A stretch of 61,693 nucleotides of DNA, filler included, from Catajapyx aquilonaris (GCA_000934665.2; 3 parts of 3 records of this genome joined end to end with filler, not necessarily neighbours in it), one strand, 5' to 3'; counted from the whole stretch's first letter, positions 25,901-40,203 are shown. Notes: a model not told the origin generated them from the sequence alone. A program made the numbers and translations.

Positions 25901-28900
25901 AAGTGTTGCAGTGCATTTTGTGTGGCATTTCTAAGTGGCCCTTGGTTGTGGTTCTCTTGGCAGACAAGCGTCTGAGTGGAGAGTCGGACGGGTCCAAGGA
26001 CAGCTCAGTGGAGAGCAGCCCGGAAGTGAGGCAATTTTCTGAGTACAACAAGAGGGAGACAATTATTATATCAAAAATGGTAGGTTTCACTTGGATGTAA
26101 TATTAGTACATAAGCTGCACATATATGCAACTCACCTATGTAACTCACAAAACTTGCTGTGCCCATTAACAACAGGATGCAGATAGCGAGGGTGGATTTA
26201 TACCATGTGCTGACAGCTTGAGGGAGATTGAGGAAGGGGCAGAGACGTTCAAGGTATTAGAGCAGTTGCTCTAAGCTCACTTGCTAATTTTTTGTTGCAT
26301 GATCATGGGCTGTGGTTAGGGTGACCTCATTTGAAATAACTAGTAATATAATGAGACATGTCTCATGTGACAAAATTTACAGTTCATATTTAATGCCCTT
26401 TTTAGTAATTCAGTGGGTAACGAAAGCTCACATTTGGGTCAGTAAAGGTTGCCTTAAAGCTCGTTTGCCTGGTGCTTTCTTTCAAGTGCGACAGTGAGTT
26501 TCATACATCGTTGGAAAGTCCCGTTAAGTGGGGTTGCCACCAGTATGTAGGATTTCACACGATACTTGAAGTTGAGCGCACAGGGCAAGCATCCACAAAA
26601 TTTCCATCACTTCAAATGTGAGCTTACTTCTGTTACACACAGTGTGATTCTTGTTCAGTATTCTTGTGTTCTATGAGTCAGATTTGTACTGTAGGTGGGC
26701 ACACCACTAACTGAAGTGACTTGGGCTGTACTAACTAAAGATAGCAACTGTTTGTCCATTTACATTATTTGCACTTTTGTTGTCCATAGTTTTCAGAGCT
26801 CCTTCATGGTAGTTTTTGATTTGGAAATTGATATTGACACTTGACCCCTTTCACACACACGGTCCTCATTCATAACTGACTTGTCCATGCTAACCTATGA
26901 CACAATAGCACTAAATAAAGTCCCTACCTGCAAGTGTGAAATTCTTATTGCACTTGTCATTTGTGGACTTTCCTCACTGTCACATGTGTCCCCCAAACTA
27001 CAACACCTTCCAAGCACAGTAAAAAAAAAGACACCCCTGTGGCATGCTGAACGCTCAATAATGACTTTCCCCCTAACGCCACAGGGGCTTCAAGCTCTCA
27101 CATGCCAGTTATGTGAGATATTGTGGCTTCCACAAATTCCAAATTCCTTATAAATAGTTTAGTAAGAGTGCATGGAAAACAACTAACTATGCATGCACAG
27201 ATAGCTTGCTTTATGGCTGGTGTACTTACATCCCTGGAAGTACTGCCAACAATCCATGTAGGTGACGGGGTATGAAGTGGCTGAGAACCAGTGTAGAATC
27301 TTCTAAGGCTATCTCTAACCTTTTTGTCCTTGTGGAATCCTTTTTTCTCTTCAGAACTTTGCCAGAACCTCTACAATAAAATCTCGAGCAATACTTTAAA
27401 CCACTCTGCTTACCAGAGGCTAATAAATTAGCCATTACCTCAAATAACCACTGTTTTAAGGGTTGATAGTGTCAAAGCTTGTAAAGTTTCAACAACCTAC
27501 TTTATGTAATTAATTCTTTAGCAAACAATAACAATGAAGTACAGGCTGTTAAAACTTGACAAGCATTGGAACAATCTGCCCTTACTGTGAAAAACTGTAA
27601 TTTGTCACTTTAGGATGTGTATCATCAGTCCAAAAAGAATTGTCCCTCGCGTCGAGCGGGCAGCCACGCGTCAGGATGAAAGCAACCAGTTAACTGGTTC
27701 CTTTCATCCTGACACGTGGCTGCCCGCTCGACGCGAGGGACAATTCTTTTTGAACCGTTGATACAATGGAGTATATGTAGCATATGGATAAAATCTGTGA
27801 TAGTGTGAGGTTTTTGTTTTGTCACCCGTGAATTCAGTTATTACTTTAATGAAGCCAAATACAGAGGGTTTCGATGATTCTAAAGGCTTCTTTGAGGTAC
27901 TTGTAATTGTTTCGGCAAATGATTAAGTAAACTATATTTAGTACTACGCAAGGACTGTACCAAAAGTAATGAACATATATTTTTAACACTGAGATGAATT
28001 GTTTTTTAGTAAGATACTACTTATCAGTTAACTTTTTTCCTTCACTTTTCCGCACAATATCCCTCCTTATTGTGTATTTCTGCTGCATGTTAGGAATTTG
28101 AAAATCCCCTTGTGGTAGAAATAAGTTCCATCTGTTCGTAAACAACAGTGTATGGTAGAAGCCACTTTTGAGGTGTCTTTTTTTTTTTTTGTCATGAGGG
28201 GTTTCTTCTGATGCCATTCCCTCCTTTGCTGTTTGGTATCGGTAACAAATTGAAATCCAGGTTTCGCCTCAGGGTTATCACTGCAAGATTGAGGGAGTCC
28301 AGGATGCTGCTCTATCATGAGCAAGAAGATTTTATGTGACTTACGCCAGGTCCCACCAATGTTCCTAACCATCAATAAGTCTCTAATCTAACTGTCATTG
28401 ATAGGGTCTTGGACACAAAAAATGGGGTTTGACTGCCCTTTTGCAATAATGGCTGTTGTGTAGAGAATGGTGTTTGCCCGATTCATGTTCTGGAATGGCC
28501 ATCCACAGTCACGCTTTTTAATAGGAAAGGGTTTTCTCTTTTCATCATCTTGGTGACAACTTCGTTCTCTTTCCCCTACCTCCCTCACCTGGTAACTTGT
28601 TGTTTAACTTAAAACATTGATTTTGACCAACCAGATGCATGTGTGGGATGCCTGCTGCACTGCTTTATTAACACTCATGCCCAAGGATAAACATGCCACC
28701 TATTATACCTGGCACCTCTTATACCTGGCACTTTGGCACTTCATCCTCAGTTTCAAATGCCACATGTTGGGGGTCTTAAGTTGAATCAACACCAAACTGC
28801 CATTAGCTCTAAACTGTCAGTTGATAATATTGGTGGAACACAGCAATGTTATATTCTCTCATCTCCTACTTGTTAGGAAAATGAAAATGAATGATTAAAA

Positions 28901-31900
28901 TTTTGCTAAATGATAACAACTCTAAACCACAGCCCCATTACCTTTAGTTTGCATAAGCTGCTAGCCACATCTTTAGGTTTTGCTACTTTCTGTTTCCCTT
29001 TTTGTTACTTGTGCTGCTCTGCATCCATAGGTTTCACCCAGGCACATTACGCTTAAGCGAGGAGGTGGTGAGTTTGCTCAGAGAACGAGGCACTTGACAG
29101 ATGACAGCAGTGTCAGTGGTAGTTACAGATGTGAATTAGTAAGTGTTCCCTAGTGTTCCCCTTTAACCTTCGTACACGTCCTGCACGACTTTTGTTGCAA
29201 TTGATTTTAATGAAAGGCTGGGTTAACACAACGTTCCTCCTACCTTTTCTAGCAGGATGTGGAAAGCAGTGCACACGATGGAGATGTGGAGGATTATTCA
29301 GAGGGTGAACATGAAGATGGGAACTCAACTGAACCTGAGCAGTCGGAGAGGCTTATGTATTATCCCCAGGCAGAAGACACTGGAAGGTAAAGGCAAACTG
29401 GATTTTTATGGAACTTGGGTTGTTTGAGGGATATTGTAACTGACAAAATGAATCACTTGTTTTCAAAGGAGGCTATAGTCAAATTGGAGTTGCATAACAA
29501 AATAGTGGATTCATGTTCTGTTTGCATTTTTAAGAATTTGCATAGGCCTACCATACTACCGAAGCCTTTCAGGGGGCACTACAGTCAAAATCAAGGGTTT
29601 TGTAAAAAATCGCCAAAAAAAACAACCATTAGAGACAAGAAGTTGGGACTTCATTTTCATGAATGTGCATAAGTCAAAGACCTATTAGCGCCTATAATCG
29701 AATCACGTTCGTGTGTCGAAGGGCCGCCAGGGCCGCGTGACGTCATGCCACTGCGGGCACGATTTAGGGCGCTGGGGTCAACCTACAACCGTCAAATTTG
29801 ACCTCAGGCTTCCTTAAGCATGTAGTTTTCGTTTGACCTATAATTATAATTTTTGAATTTGTTTTAGTATTTTTTTGACAATTACAGAAAGATAACTACA
29901 AAATTAAGCAGTTTTGAGAAAACATTTATGAAAGTTACAAATAGAAGTATTTCGAGCAGGCTAATTCTTTTAGGCCGAACAATAGCGCCGTGTTTGAGGA
30001 TAAATCTGGTGAAGTGGGAAGTCCGTAGCTAAATTTTTGTGGCCTGGGCGATGCCTGCCGTGTCCAAATCTGGCAAACTGAGAAAAACGCGTTTAAAGTT
30101 AAAAGATTCCAAAGATCGTTGCCAGGCGTCGGCTGCCGACGCATCAATTTTTTGAATTTCGGTTTGCCGCGTTCGACACAGGAAAAGACGCTTGATTTTT
30201 TTCAAAACCAACAAAACAACAAAAAAACCGCATTTCTGAAGGTCGATGACTGTAGTGCCCCCTTAAAATCTCCTCACTTGTTGCCATATTTACACTGTAG
30301 CGTGGTTCCATTTCAGATCAGCCAGTGGGTGTCAAGTCATAGTCATCAATTTTTGTGAAAAAAATATATGTGAAACCCACATCCAATTGAACCTTTATGG
30401 AGCAATCAGTTTTACGAGATTAAATTTAGTTATCGAGATATTAATATATTTTTTAAGGGGTACCAAAATAACATTCAAGGGAAGATGCACTTTTTCCATT
30501 CCTTTCAATGAGTATATTTCCGGTATCGTTCTGAAAACCGATATGAAATTTTAAACTCTCGCTTTTGGAAGAATGCATGGTTATGTAATGCATACCTTAT
30601 TTATTAGTAGTCACCTTCAAAAATGATCTCCAATCTTGCATAATTTGGTAAAAATGAGCATATTTCGCAATTTTAATACACCATTATGGTAAACGTGACG
30701 ATTGTGCTGATTATATTTTGTGATATACTCAGTGACCCCCTCAAGGTTAGTAAATAATACCTTTGTTAGCTCCGCGTGTAGTCAAGATATGCAATGTGAA
30801 AATATGGCAACAAGCGAAAACACACCTATTCCAAAAATTATTTTCTCAAAAAGGCAATTTTTTATTTTTTATTTGTATTTTGCACAGACAGGTTATAAAA
30901 TCAAGTAGTGTCAAAACCCGGGCTTAATTTTTTATCAGTGAGATACTAATTTTTGTATGGTAACAACTTTCGTCATTGTGCTACAATTTGCACACTTCAA
31001 ATAAATATTTTCTCAAAGAAGCAATTTTAAATATTTAATAGTTATTTTTGTGTAACAAAGTAGCATTAGTCGACCGCACGGTCCGCCAATTGAATAGCCG
31101 TGCAATACACTATAGACAATTCAATTGGAACACATCGTATGCAGGAATACATGAGTGTTGCATATGGAATGGATTGCTCATATAAAAGAATTGTTATATG
31201 TGGAGGTCCTGAATGCCTTCAAGTTGATTAAATTCAGTAAATCATGGGTGGTAAATTCCTTCTTACATTAGTCATGATTTTGTCTTTGTAGTGACTTTAC
31301 TGTGAATGCAATGGATGTAGAAGAACTTCGTCGATCTCAGCGCCGGCACAAGAAACCCAAACCTGAACGTCCCACGGACATTCCCATCATGGCTGTATCA
31401 GGGAGTCAGGAGAGTGATGATGACGATGATGATGAGGCTTCTACCCCAAGTGCAGACACAGCTGAGAAGAACTTGCTGTCTATGCTTTCTGTCAGGTACA
31501 GAATCACAATCACTTCTCATGCAAAATTTGATCATGTGTTCCTCAAGTGGCTTTTTCCTGGAATCTCTTAACCCATTTCAATTAATTTTTTAAAGCACGG
31601 AGAGCCTTGATCAGGTGGACCAGCGTGAGAAGTACCTGAAGTCCAATTTTGAGTCCCTGAGTGGAGCAGAAAATGAGGAAGGAGATACCTCGCGCAATAA
31701 AAACAGCATCTCGTCCCTCTTCCTGACCACTAGGTCACATCGCCCACCAAGAAATGCAGACGTCATCAGTGCAGTGCAGCAGACAAAGAATGATTCAGGA
31801 ATGTCTCAGAAGAGGGAGGAGCTCAACCGAAGAATGGAGGAAACAAGAAAAAAACTGGAAAGTGTGAGTTTCTCAGCCTTTGTGCTGAAGTAGGCAAAAC

Positions 31901-34900
31901 TAATGAGGGACAATTTTGATTTTGGAATTATTGGTCTATCATGTCTCTTGCAGGATCATTTTTGGCTCATGTCATGATAATTTTTAGTGCTCCTAATCAT
32001 ATTAATAGAAATTGTTTTTGCCCACATAGATCCCCACCTAGGAATTCTGGATATACAAATGTGCAAGTATTTAAAACTTGAAATGGCTGCAGTAGGTGTT
32101 AAGTGTATTTGAGAATTATTCAATAATTTTTTTATTGCTGTGACTGAAGATGAGAGAATCCTGGCAAATATATTTCATCTTCTGTTAAAAGACTGATCTC
32201 ACTCACTCCTTTTTCTTAATACCACCCACTCCAGACAACTGAAGTGTAATAACCAAAATTTGTTTGTTTGAATACCTGTGATAGGGCCAGCGGCCCTTTT
32301 AGGGGGGGAATGGGAGTTTCCTAAGGGAGGGCGCTCTTAAATAGTTACTAGTAATTTCAGACCCTCTTAAATATCAGACCTTTTCTCTTGGGCCTGGGCA
32401 GAGAAGGGAGTTCAATTCTGCCCGGACATGTCAGGTGAAGAGCGGAAAAATACCCGACCAAGCAAAGGTGACGGTGACGGGATATGAACCCCGGACCTCC
32501 CACTTGGCTGGCCAGTAGCATAGCCATTAGACCACCATGCCCCTGCCGTAGTAACCAAAGTTGATTATATGCTTGGAGAGATGTGTCCGTGTTATAATAT
32601 GTAATACCGAAGCAGGTTGGTGTAGTGGATATGGAGTCCGCCTGCTAATCGGGAGGTCCTGGGTTCGAGGTTCGAATCCCGGTGCCGGCAACTCTGACCG
32701 TGGTTTTCTGTGGTTTCCCACGGTTCCTCCAGGTGAATACCGGAGTTGTTTCCTAGTTAATAGGCCACAGCCGCTTCCTTCCATCCCTATCCCGTCCCAA
32801 AAAGCGAAATAAAGTTTACAAGAGTTCCAGCCAAAAAAAAAAAACAAATCTCCCCCCTAAAAAGCCAGAACGGCTTCAATGGGGTATGATATTATTATAT
32901 TATTATAATAATATGTAATGTATTTCACGCATGGTACTAATGGCACTATTATTGTGGACAATTTCTATGAGAAATTCAGATTAAAGTGCCTGGGAAATTT
33001 TTTAAATTTAAAAAAAATTTATACCCCATTGGGGGAATCGGTGCTCCATTAGGGGGGTGGAGTACCACCATTGGATGGGGCCAACGATAGGGAAGGAAGG
33101 ATGCGGCTGTGGCCTATTATATGGAAGCGACCATGGAATTATCCTGGGGGGACCATGGAAACCACAGAAAACCACGGTCAGGGTCGCTGGCCCCAGGATT
33201 CGAACCCAGGACCTCCCGATTAGCAGTCGGGCTCCTTATCCCCTTCACCAACCTGCTTCGGTGCCTGGGAAAATATTGTGGTGATAGTACCTTGGAAATT
33301 ATTGTGAACTTCTTATCACCCTTCATTATTATGTTGGGTTGTCCAGAGTGGGTAGCATTTAGGAAGTTGGTGGATGGAATGTACAATATATTTAACATAA
33401 GACGATGTATAAGATAAAAGGTACGGTACCTATTTTGCTCAGCCTGCTAAGATTTTTGGTGTGCTATTACTTGATAATGTATACAGGAAAAGGGAAAGCC
33501 CATATTGCAAAATTGTGTAGTAATTTCTCCAGACTGAGTGGCTTGGAGAGCAACTCTTCAAAGTTGCCCTTGCACATGTACTGGACAGACTGCTGAAATG
33601 AGTTGACTGTCCAAATAATTGTGGGTTGCACATCTCAAGTTCAAAGTGGTGTCTAGTGGTTGAATACCTAATTTAGGCAGAGGTCATTGTGGCAGGGATG
33701 TGTGAAATTGCATCCTGAGTTAACCCTTTTTGCAAAAGGAAGCAGCATGAGCATGGTCTTATGATTCATATATGCTTTGTAATGTTTGTCATGATATTTG
33801 CAGAGTTGATCTGTCAATGTATGAAATGGAGCCACTACCTTCACAATGTCATTAGCTGAGTTGTCCCTAAGCAGTCAAATGCATACCCTGGTGAAGCTAG
33901 TAAGAGTAACAAATTGCCTACTCATGATTTAGTAAGGCAAAGTTAATTGAGCCTAATAGGTAGCCTATTTATTTTGTTGCATATTGAGGGCAAAAGTTCA
34001 GAATGGCATGTCAACCATTAATAAGAAATCGTGATATGCACTTCCTGATCTGTTCATTAAACTGATCTTGACTCTTGTTTCTTACAGATTGGATTCAAGT
34101 CACCCCTGAAGAATAGCCAATCAATCTCAGATCTAAGCAACATACCAGAGAAGGACACCACAGGAACATCTGGGCGAGGTAATGATCCTTTGCTGGCCAC
34201 TTTGTGTCGGGATCCTCCACACTTGCTCCTGTCTGCTGCACTCTCTCTGCAACCAACTAACTCCATTAACAACCCACCTGATTCTAACCTTGCTATGAAA
34301 AAACCTCCTGAAGCATCAGTGACTCGGTCAGTTTCAACCCCAGCCATAAGGTCACTGGAGCATGAGGACGAGAACTTTTCAGCGGATTCACTTGAAGACA
34401 GCTCAAAGGAAGATAGTGTATGTGAAGTAGTCCCAGCACCTGGGCCTTCTCAAGGACCAAAAACAAGTCGGTCGACTTTAAAGTTGAAGGTGACATGCTC
34501 AGACCAGCAAACATCCATCAAGGCTGAACCAGGCCCCCAAAATGTCAGCTATTGGGTCCCATTAGGGATGGGTGGATCCAAAACCACAGGAAACTCTCCC
34601 ACAGGTCACGTTACTCGCACCATATTAACCCCACCAGCCGACGGAAGGCTGGTTCGAAGTTTGAGCCTTCAGGAGCGCAGGTTAAGGGGTCAGAGACCAT
34701 CACCCCCACCAAAGCCAGCATCATTAATGGCTGCAGTCAGGACCAGAGGTGGCCCCTGGTGTGGCCTTGGAGGTAGTGGTATGACCACCCCAGATTCAAG
34801 CCTTTCAACTTCCCCATGCTCAACCAATTCAGCCAACTCACCTCTGAGGCGAAGGCCACCATTGGGGCGGAAAGTCGCCCTGAGGCATGTCCTGCCCTCA

Positions 34901-37900
34901 AAGTGCACCAAAGGTCAACCATTGCGCGCGAGTTAGTTTTCAGAGATGTTGTAGGAGCAGCATGATTGTTGTGACATTTTTGTTGCAGGTTTCCTTTTTG
35001 TTTTCCTCCCCTCCCCATCCCCACCCCACATTTCTAATTCTAACACAAATTATGCACTATAGTTAAGCTGCCGCATTTTTTTCTTTTCTCTTTATAATGG
35101 ATATACTTGTTCATGGGAAGTCTGTGTTGACAAATTATCACACACTCATAAGCCTCCAATTTGAAGTTGGATGGACTGATCTAGTCATGATGTCCATTGT
35201 AGACAGGGGCCAAGAAATGTTGCAGTTGCTTTAGTTGATATGCATGTTTTATTTTTGCATGTTGCACTGTTTTATTATGTTACCGTGTGTTGTGTGTTTT
35301 TTTCTAGTGCGACTTAACAGAGCTGATTCCTCATCAGGAATGAGGAGAGCTTGTTCTCTCAGCGACCTTTCACAAAACCCGCAGCAAAGGCGGCTGCTTC
35401 CAAATCCTCCCATTAAGGGTATGAAACACAGTCTGATTAAAGTGGAGATGTAGAGGCAATCCATGTTATACAACTTTCTCCTGTTCCAAAAGTTGGGGTG
35501 TAAATTGAAAATATTATGGCAGAGAGAATGTATCACATTAGCCATTAGTGTGCCAGAGATCAACTCGTCAGAACCATGATGTAAAGGGGGATGATCTAGA
35601 GTAAGTGGGATTAAAATAAGGTGGAGGGTAGAAGCTGTCTTTACATCATGGATCCTGTTTAGTGTTTTGACTAATTAAAAGTTCAAGATTGAACATGGCA
35701 ATGTAGGTTTCCACCACTAACAGATAGTCAGGCTACAAATATGAGCATGCTTGATCCCACTTTATCCAGGTGCCTAGCAAATCAAGTCGTGAATTTCTAC
35801 ACTTTTTCGAATTTCCACGACAAGTTCAGTGACAAGATTTGCAAGGGCATCCTACAGCATCCTTTTGATTATAAAATATTAGACATTTTTGTCGGAAGTC
35901 ATGTAGAGAAGTGATTGTATAATGCGGATTGCCTCTAGAGAAAAAATATTATTAACATGGTTTAAAAACTAAAGTGTTCTGCAAAAGTGAATGCAGACTC
36001 TGAATTACAGGTGTAGTATTGTTACTTTGTCACTGCATGCACACCTGTTACACAGCAGTTTCATTTGCTTATAGATTGCATGTGGTCACCCCCCACCCCC
36101 AATTAGTTTTGGCTGGATGTGGTCATTTGGGCTTTTCACTTGCAGTGTCCCAGATGTTAACCAGTGATTTTCACGTCTTATTGAAATTCACCAACTGTCA
36201 CACAGGGTGCACCTCTTGAATGTTTTCATTTGGAATGTTCCCTCATTCAAGAGACCTGCATGCCTCTTGCTATTTACGGCACAGTATCGTCGTTGATTCT
36301 GAAAATTATTTATTATTTTCATACCATATTTGTAATAAGATTACAAGTGTTATTGCCTGCGGACATTGGCAATGTTGGTATATTCCTGAAATCACTACTT
36401 CAAGATTAATTCACATCTCTTGAAGGCACAAACCAGTGTCCTAGGAATGCAAGCGATATATTGCCTTAATGAATCTTCTTATAATATTTTTTATTGTTCG
36501 TTTTTTTTTTACTTTGGCCTGTTGATAACTTGTCCAGAATTTATATAGCCTACGCTGGTAATTGTGTTATCTGTTCAATAAGTATGTTTGAAAAGGAATT
36601 CCTAGTACAGACTACCAGTGCCACTGCAAAGAGGCTTGCGTTAGGGATGCATATTGGGTACTTTCAATGATGAATTGTTAAAACAGGTGTATCCAAGAGA
36701 GATGTACTCAAGCCTGAATGTGTTCTTTATAAGCAAGTTGCCAGCTGCTGCATGTGAAGGTCATATTCTACAGGCATCATTCTTAGATACACACACATTA
36801 CATCTGGGACACTGGATGAGGAATAAGTTAGCCCGGCCATTGCCCATGTAGAAAGTTGCTTCCCCACAGCTGAGGGATTTCAGTAGTATTGTATGTCAAA
36901 TGTAATATGACATTAATTCTACAAGTGGACAACTTGATTGTAAAAATGTATGCGTCATGTTGCAACATAATCTCAAATGTTGATGTAGAAATGACATTAG
37001 GGCTTTGATTTGATGATTTGATGGCATGACCTCAGATGTTTCTTCACTCCATAATTTGATTCACATTATCAGTGCCATTGACAGTAATTATATCTGATGT
37101 TTTGCATAAGTGCAAGAAGTGATTTAAGTCTCTGCCCATTTATATGACAAGTCACTGTCAGTTTGTTCAGCTCACATAAAATGTTTGATGACTGACAATC
37201 TTACTATCTGAACCTCAGACTTCTACTGCAAAATTAAGAGACTCTGTACTGAAGTTCAATTTCTGTTCTTAGTTTCTGGGAAGAAGGTTCCATCCGGTCC
37301 AACTTGGTCAATGTCATCTCGCCAGTCTATAACCACTCAGAATTCACACATGTCCCGCAGCAGCTCTGTTGGCATCCTCAATCAGGTTGGCTCTCAGCAT
37401 TTATTCTTATATCTAGTAAATGAATTTGATACTAAGGCAACCTCTCTTACAGAGTGACTCCGAGAGTGATGCAAGTGTCATCCAGAGGGCACCTTCTGCA
37501 GCGTCTTTGTCTCGTGTATCTTCATCATTGCTTAGGCCAACAATCAGCTCCCAGAACAAGGTGGCCAACAAGCCTGGTAATCCTGGGCGGAGAAGGAGCC
37601 TCAATAATGCCATTTCAGCAGGTGAGAAAATTGATTCACTTAATACATTTGGGTAATCACATCCAGGAGGATTTTGTATATGCGGTGCTGTTCATTCCTT
37701 CACCACCGGAACATGAGGCAAACAACTTGTGGAATTTTTGAAAGTAATAGGGGTAGTAGGAGTTAGAAATCTAGGTGTATCATGGGTAGTGTACATGGTT
37801 ACTGTGTTTAATCATCCAAATGACTTGTTTAGTAATATGTGCCTGTCCTGGAACAGGTGACCTTCGTAAGGCTGGCAATGAAGACTCAAGCTCAGAGGAA

Positions 37901-38889
37901 ACGTCCACTGTTGATGGAAAGAGTTGCAATTCAAGGTCGTCTGTGGCCGGTGTCTCCATGACAAAGACGGCCCGTGAGGTTACCCAGCGGCTAAGCCAGA
38001 CGGTCACAGTGACAGCCACCATGCCTCCCCCCAAGGTGACTCGGCGCCCTGTTCTAACTGTAGTAAACAACATCCGGCGGCCCACTTCTCTGGGGGGAGG
38101 GTCATCTGGCCCAATGATTGCACTGGTTCCTGCTGCACCTTTACCACCACCTCGGATTAGGAGGGAGAAGAGCCCAGAGGAATATCCTGTCAGGGACAGC
38201 ACAGGCGATGTTTCTCCAAGTGAGTTGGATAAAATGATCTAGTGATTTCTAGAAGTTAAGATGCTACATAAGACATACCTTGCCATACTCAAGGGTTTAA
38301 AAGTGATTTTTTTTTTTTTTTGAAAAGAAGATCTGCAGGTTCACCAGAAACTAATGTGGTATCTGTATAGATTTTCATTGCGCTCTCCGTTAGGGTAAAA
38401 ATAATGATTTTCCATTGACAGTGATAAATAAAACAACCCTTATAACTTGGAACACCCTGTATATTTCGTGATGAAAGGTGTTAAAAATTATTAACCACTT
38501 CATTCTGCCGTCTTTTGCTAGTCACACCCCACCTGTGCGAGTCCACGGCTGAGTCCCTCCAAGAGGCAAGCCAGCGCATGCTTAGGCTCCACCAGCGGGT
38601 GATGGACGACTGTGAGATGAGTGATGTGGAACGTCAGCAACTCCTCCAGATGCTGTCTCTCTGTGCTGCCCAGGTCCAGTCCCATCTCACTGTAGTATCA
38701 GGGACACCTGTTGGGACGCCTTCAGGGAATCCCACCCCACCCAGTGGTGCCTTTGGAGGGTGCCACCCGGATCATGTGGGAAATCCACTCATGGTACAGA
38801 TGATGCAACAGTACTCAGATATGCTACTCAGCATGGTGCAGCAAAGGATGGATGGAGGGTCTGGGTCAAGTGCAGACAAGCAGAGCTAG
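22971..38889 (+). CDS. Wdr62: WD40-repeat protein of the WDR62/MAPKBP1 family, 5'-partial. Exons: 22971-23239, 23413-23744, 25964-26079, 29031-29138, 29253-29386, 31292-31495, 31596-31863, 34088-34178, 35308-35418, 37273-37385, 37453-37621, 37857-38219, 38522-38889
   Basis: The first exon encodes the last WD repeats ([60 protein letters not shown]), typical of WDR62/MAPKBP1. The C-terminal helix [17 protein letters not shown] resembles the family's conserved tail. All introns are GT-AG with consistent phases; the joined length is 2646 nt (882 codons including the stop). Confidence 0.93.
23950..24341. mobile_element. Tigger/pogo-like MITE
   Basis: ta|CAGTTGACTCCAGATATAAC ... GTTATGTCTAGAGTCAACTA|ta, with internal GTTATAACCGA repeats. 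Confidence 0.75.
25088..25637. repeat. Large diverged inverted repeat (~250-bp arms, ~37-bp spacer) in a Wdr62 intron
   Basis: Arms align with scattered substitutions, e.g. CCTAAGGAGCAGGATA / TATCCTGCTCCTTAGG and ACCAGAAACATTGG / CCAATGTTTCTGGT. Confidence 0.85.
27631..27752. repeat. Near-perfect 122-bp spacerless palindrome
   Basis: CAAAAAGAATTGTCCCTCGCGTCGAGCGGGCAGCCACG... mirrored about the central GTTAAC, with ~2 mismatches. Confidence 0.92.
29572..30262. mobile_element. Non-autonomous DNA transposon (Kolobok-like termini)
   Basis: ttca|GGGGGCACTACAGTCA ... TGACTGTAGTGCCCCC|ttaa. Confidence 0.65.
32274..32540 (-). mobile_element. Second tRNA-derived SINE family
   Basis: Minus-strand head GGTGGTCTAATGG...GGAGGTCCGGGGTTCATATCCCG (A/B boxes). 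The 3' end CCCCTAAAAGGGC...CTATCACAGGTA resembles that of the SINE at 1764. Confidence 0.65.
32605..32910 (+). mobile_element. tRNA-derived SINE, apparently full length
   Basis: A box TGGTGTAGTGG, B box GGTTCGAATCCC, family body, GGGGTATGA end and (TAT)n tail. Confidence 0.9.
33020..33263 (-). mobile_element. tRNA-derived SINE (same family, inverted relative to the 32605 copy)
   Basis: Body and B box match the other copies. Confidence 0.85.
34179..34931 (+). CDS. Putative alternative in-frame extension (251 codons, S/P/T-rich) of Wdr62 exon 34088-34178
   Basis: The frame stays open from 34088 to the stop at 34934-34936. A second donor A|GTTAGT after 34931 has the same phase (1) as the proximal donor after 34178. 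Confidence 0.55.
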
Positions 38890-40203
38890 TTTTTAAGCTG
38901 TCAACGAATCTTATAGGTCACACGTTTCTTCTCAGTCTACATTAATCAGATGGTCAAATGGGTGTAGAGGCCAAATATATTTGTGTAATTACACCAAGAC
39001 ATTGCGAAAATTTGAGCTTCTGCAGAAGATGACAATTCACTGCAAGTTCTATGTGATGAATTTCCCTACTTAGTAGTAGGCCCAAGCTTGTAGATCTATA
39101 TGGAATTCAATTTTGTTGGTGCTGCTTGGCATCAGTGTCATGGAGGTGATGTCACATGTGATTTATTGATGACCAGTAATTCAGCAGTGTTATGACTTCA
39201 CTTGTGACCTATTGGATTCAGCTTGGTCAAGCTTCTCTCAAGGCTAAGAAGAACTGTGGGACTATTAACAAGACTAAATAATAAGGAAAGAGGCCAATTC
39301 GGTTGTGAGGATTTAAACGAAAGTAATACATCGTTTAGGTCTTAATTGTGATTAACAATGGTCTAACTGAATAAATTGTGTTGGCACACTTAGGGTGGGG
39401 AAAAGAAATGCAATAAGTGTCAGGGATATATTTAAAAAAAAATTAGGCTACGTAGAAAGGACCAAAACAGAAATAATTTACGAATATTGTGCCATTAACG
39501 GTGTGACTTGCAAAGAGTGGCGAGAATGAGAGCGAAAGAGTGAGAGTGAATCTCCCGATACATTCCGGTCTGTGTTTTTTCTTGAATATTTTTTCCCTTG
39601 CGATAAACAAAACCAGAATACAAGACAAAAGAGAGTCACAGACTGATGCGTAGGCCTTGAGATCGCCGCTTGAAAGCTTGTTGATTTTTAGGATATCAAA
39701 TGCAAGAGAAGAAATGATTTACTCAAAGTCATGCCATTCCAGAAACGTTTTAATGTCTTCCTCGTTCAATTTTTTTAAAATTGGTCGCCAATTAAGGCAA
39801 ATTTTAGTGTTTATCCCATTTTAGATTGACACTGGTTGCACTCAAATAGTTTTTATGTCCTTGTTCAGTAATACCCCAAATAAAGGAAACATTTTTTGAA
39901 CTAAGAGTGGTACGCTGATGGTATTTAAATTCAAAGTCAAAGGACAAAAAGCAAAAAAAAAGTGTGACTAGATTTATGGGTTTGAGTTCAGAACACAGAG
40001 GAGACAATAATAGACGTATTTCCAACACTCACTGTAATATTCAAATAATAGTGCGTTGCTTATGGACGCATGTAACATATGTAACATAACAAATATTGAG
40101 TGCCAATGTTTTTCTCTTTTTTTTGGCTTAGTTAAGGTACTTATTTATTAACATAACATGTGACATACTGATCCATTTACTGTTTTTGTTTACGTTCTTG
40201 TCC

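Noticed and set aside
32605..32690. tRNA gene (also at ~1600, ~2000, ~32500, ~33220)
   Set aside because: A/B boxes are present but I could not fold a full cloverleaf, and each continues into a repeat body, so these are SINE heads.
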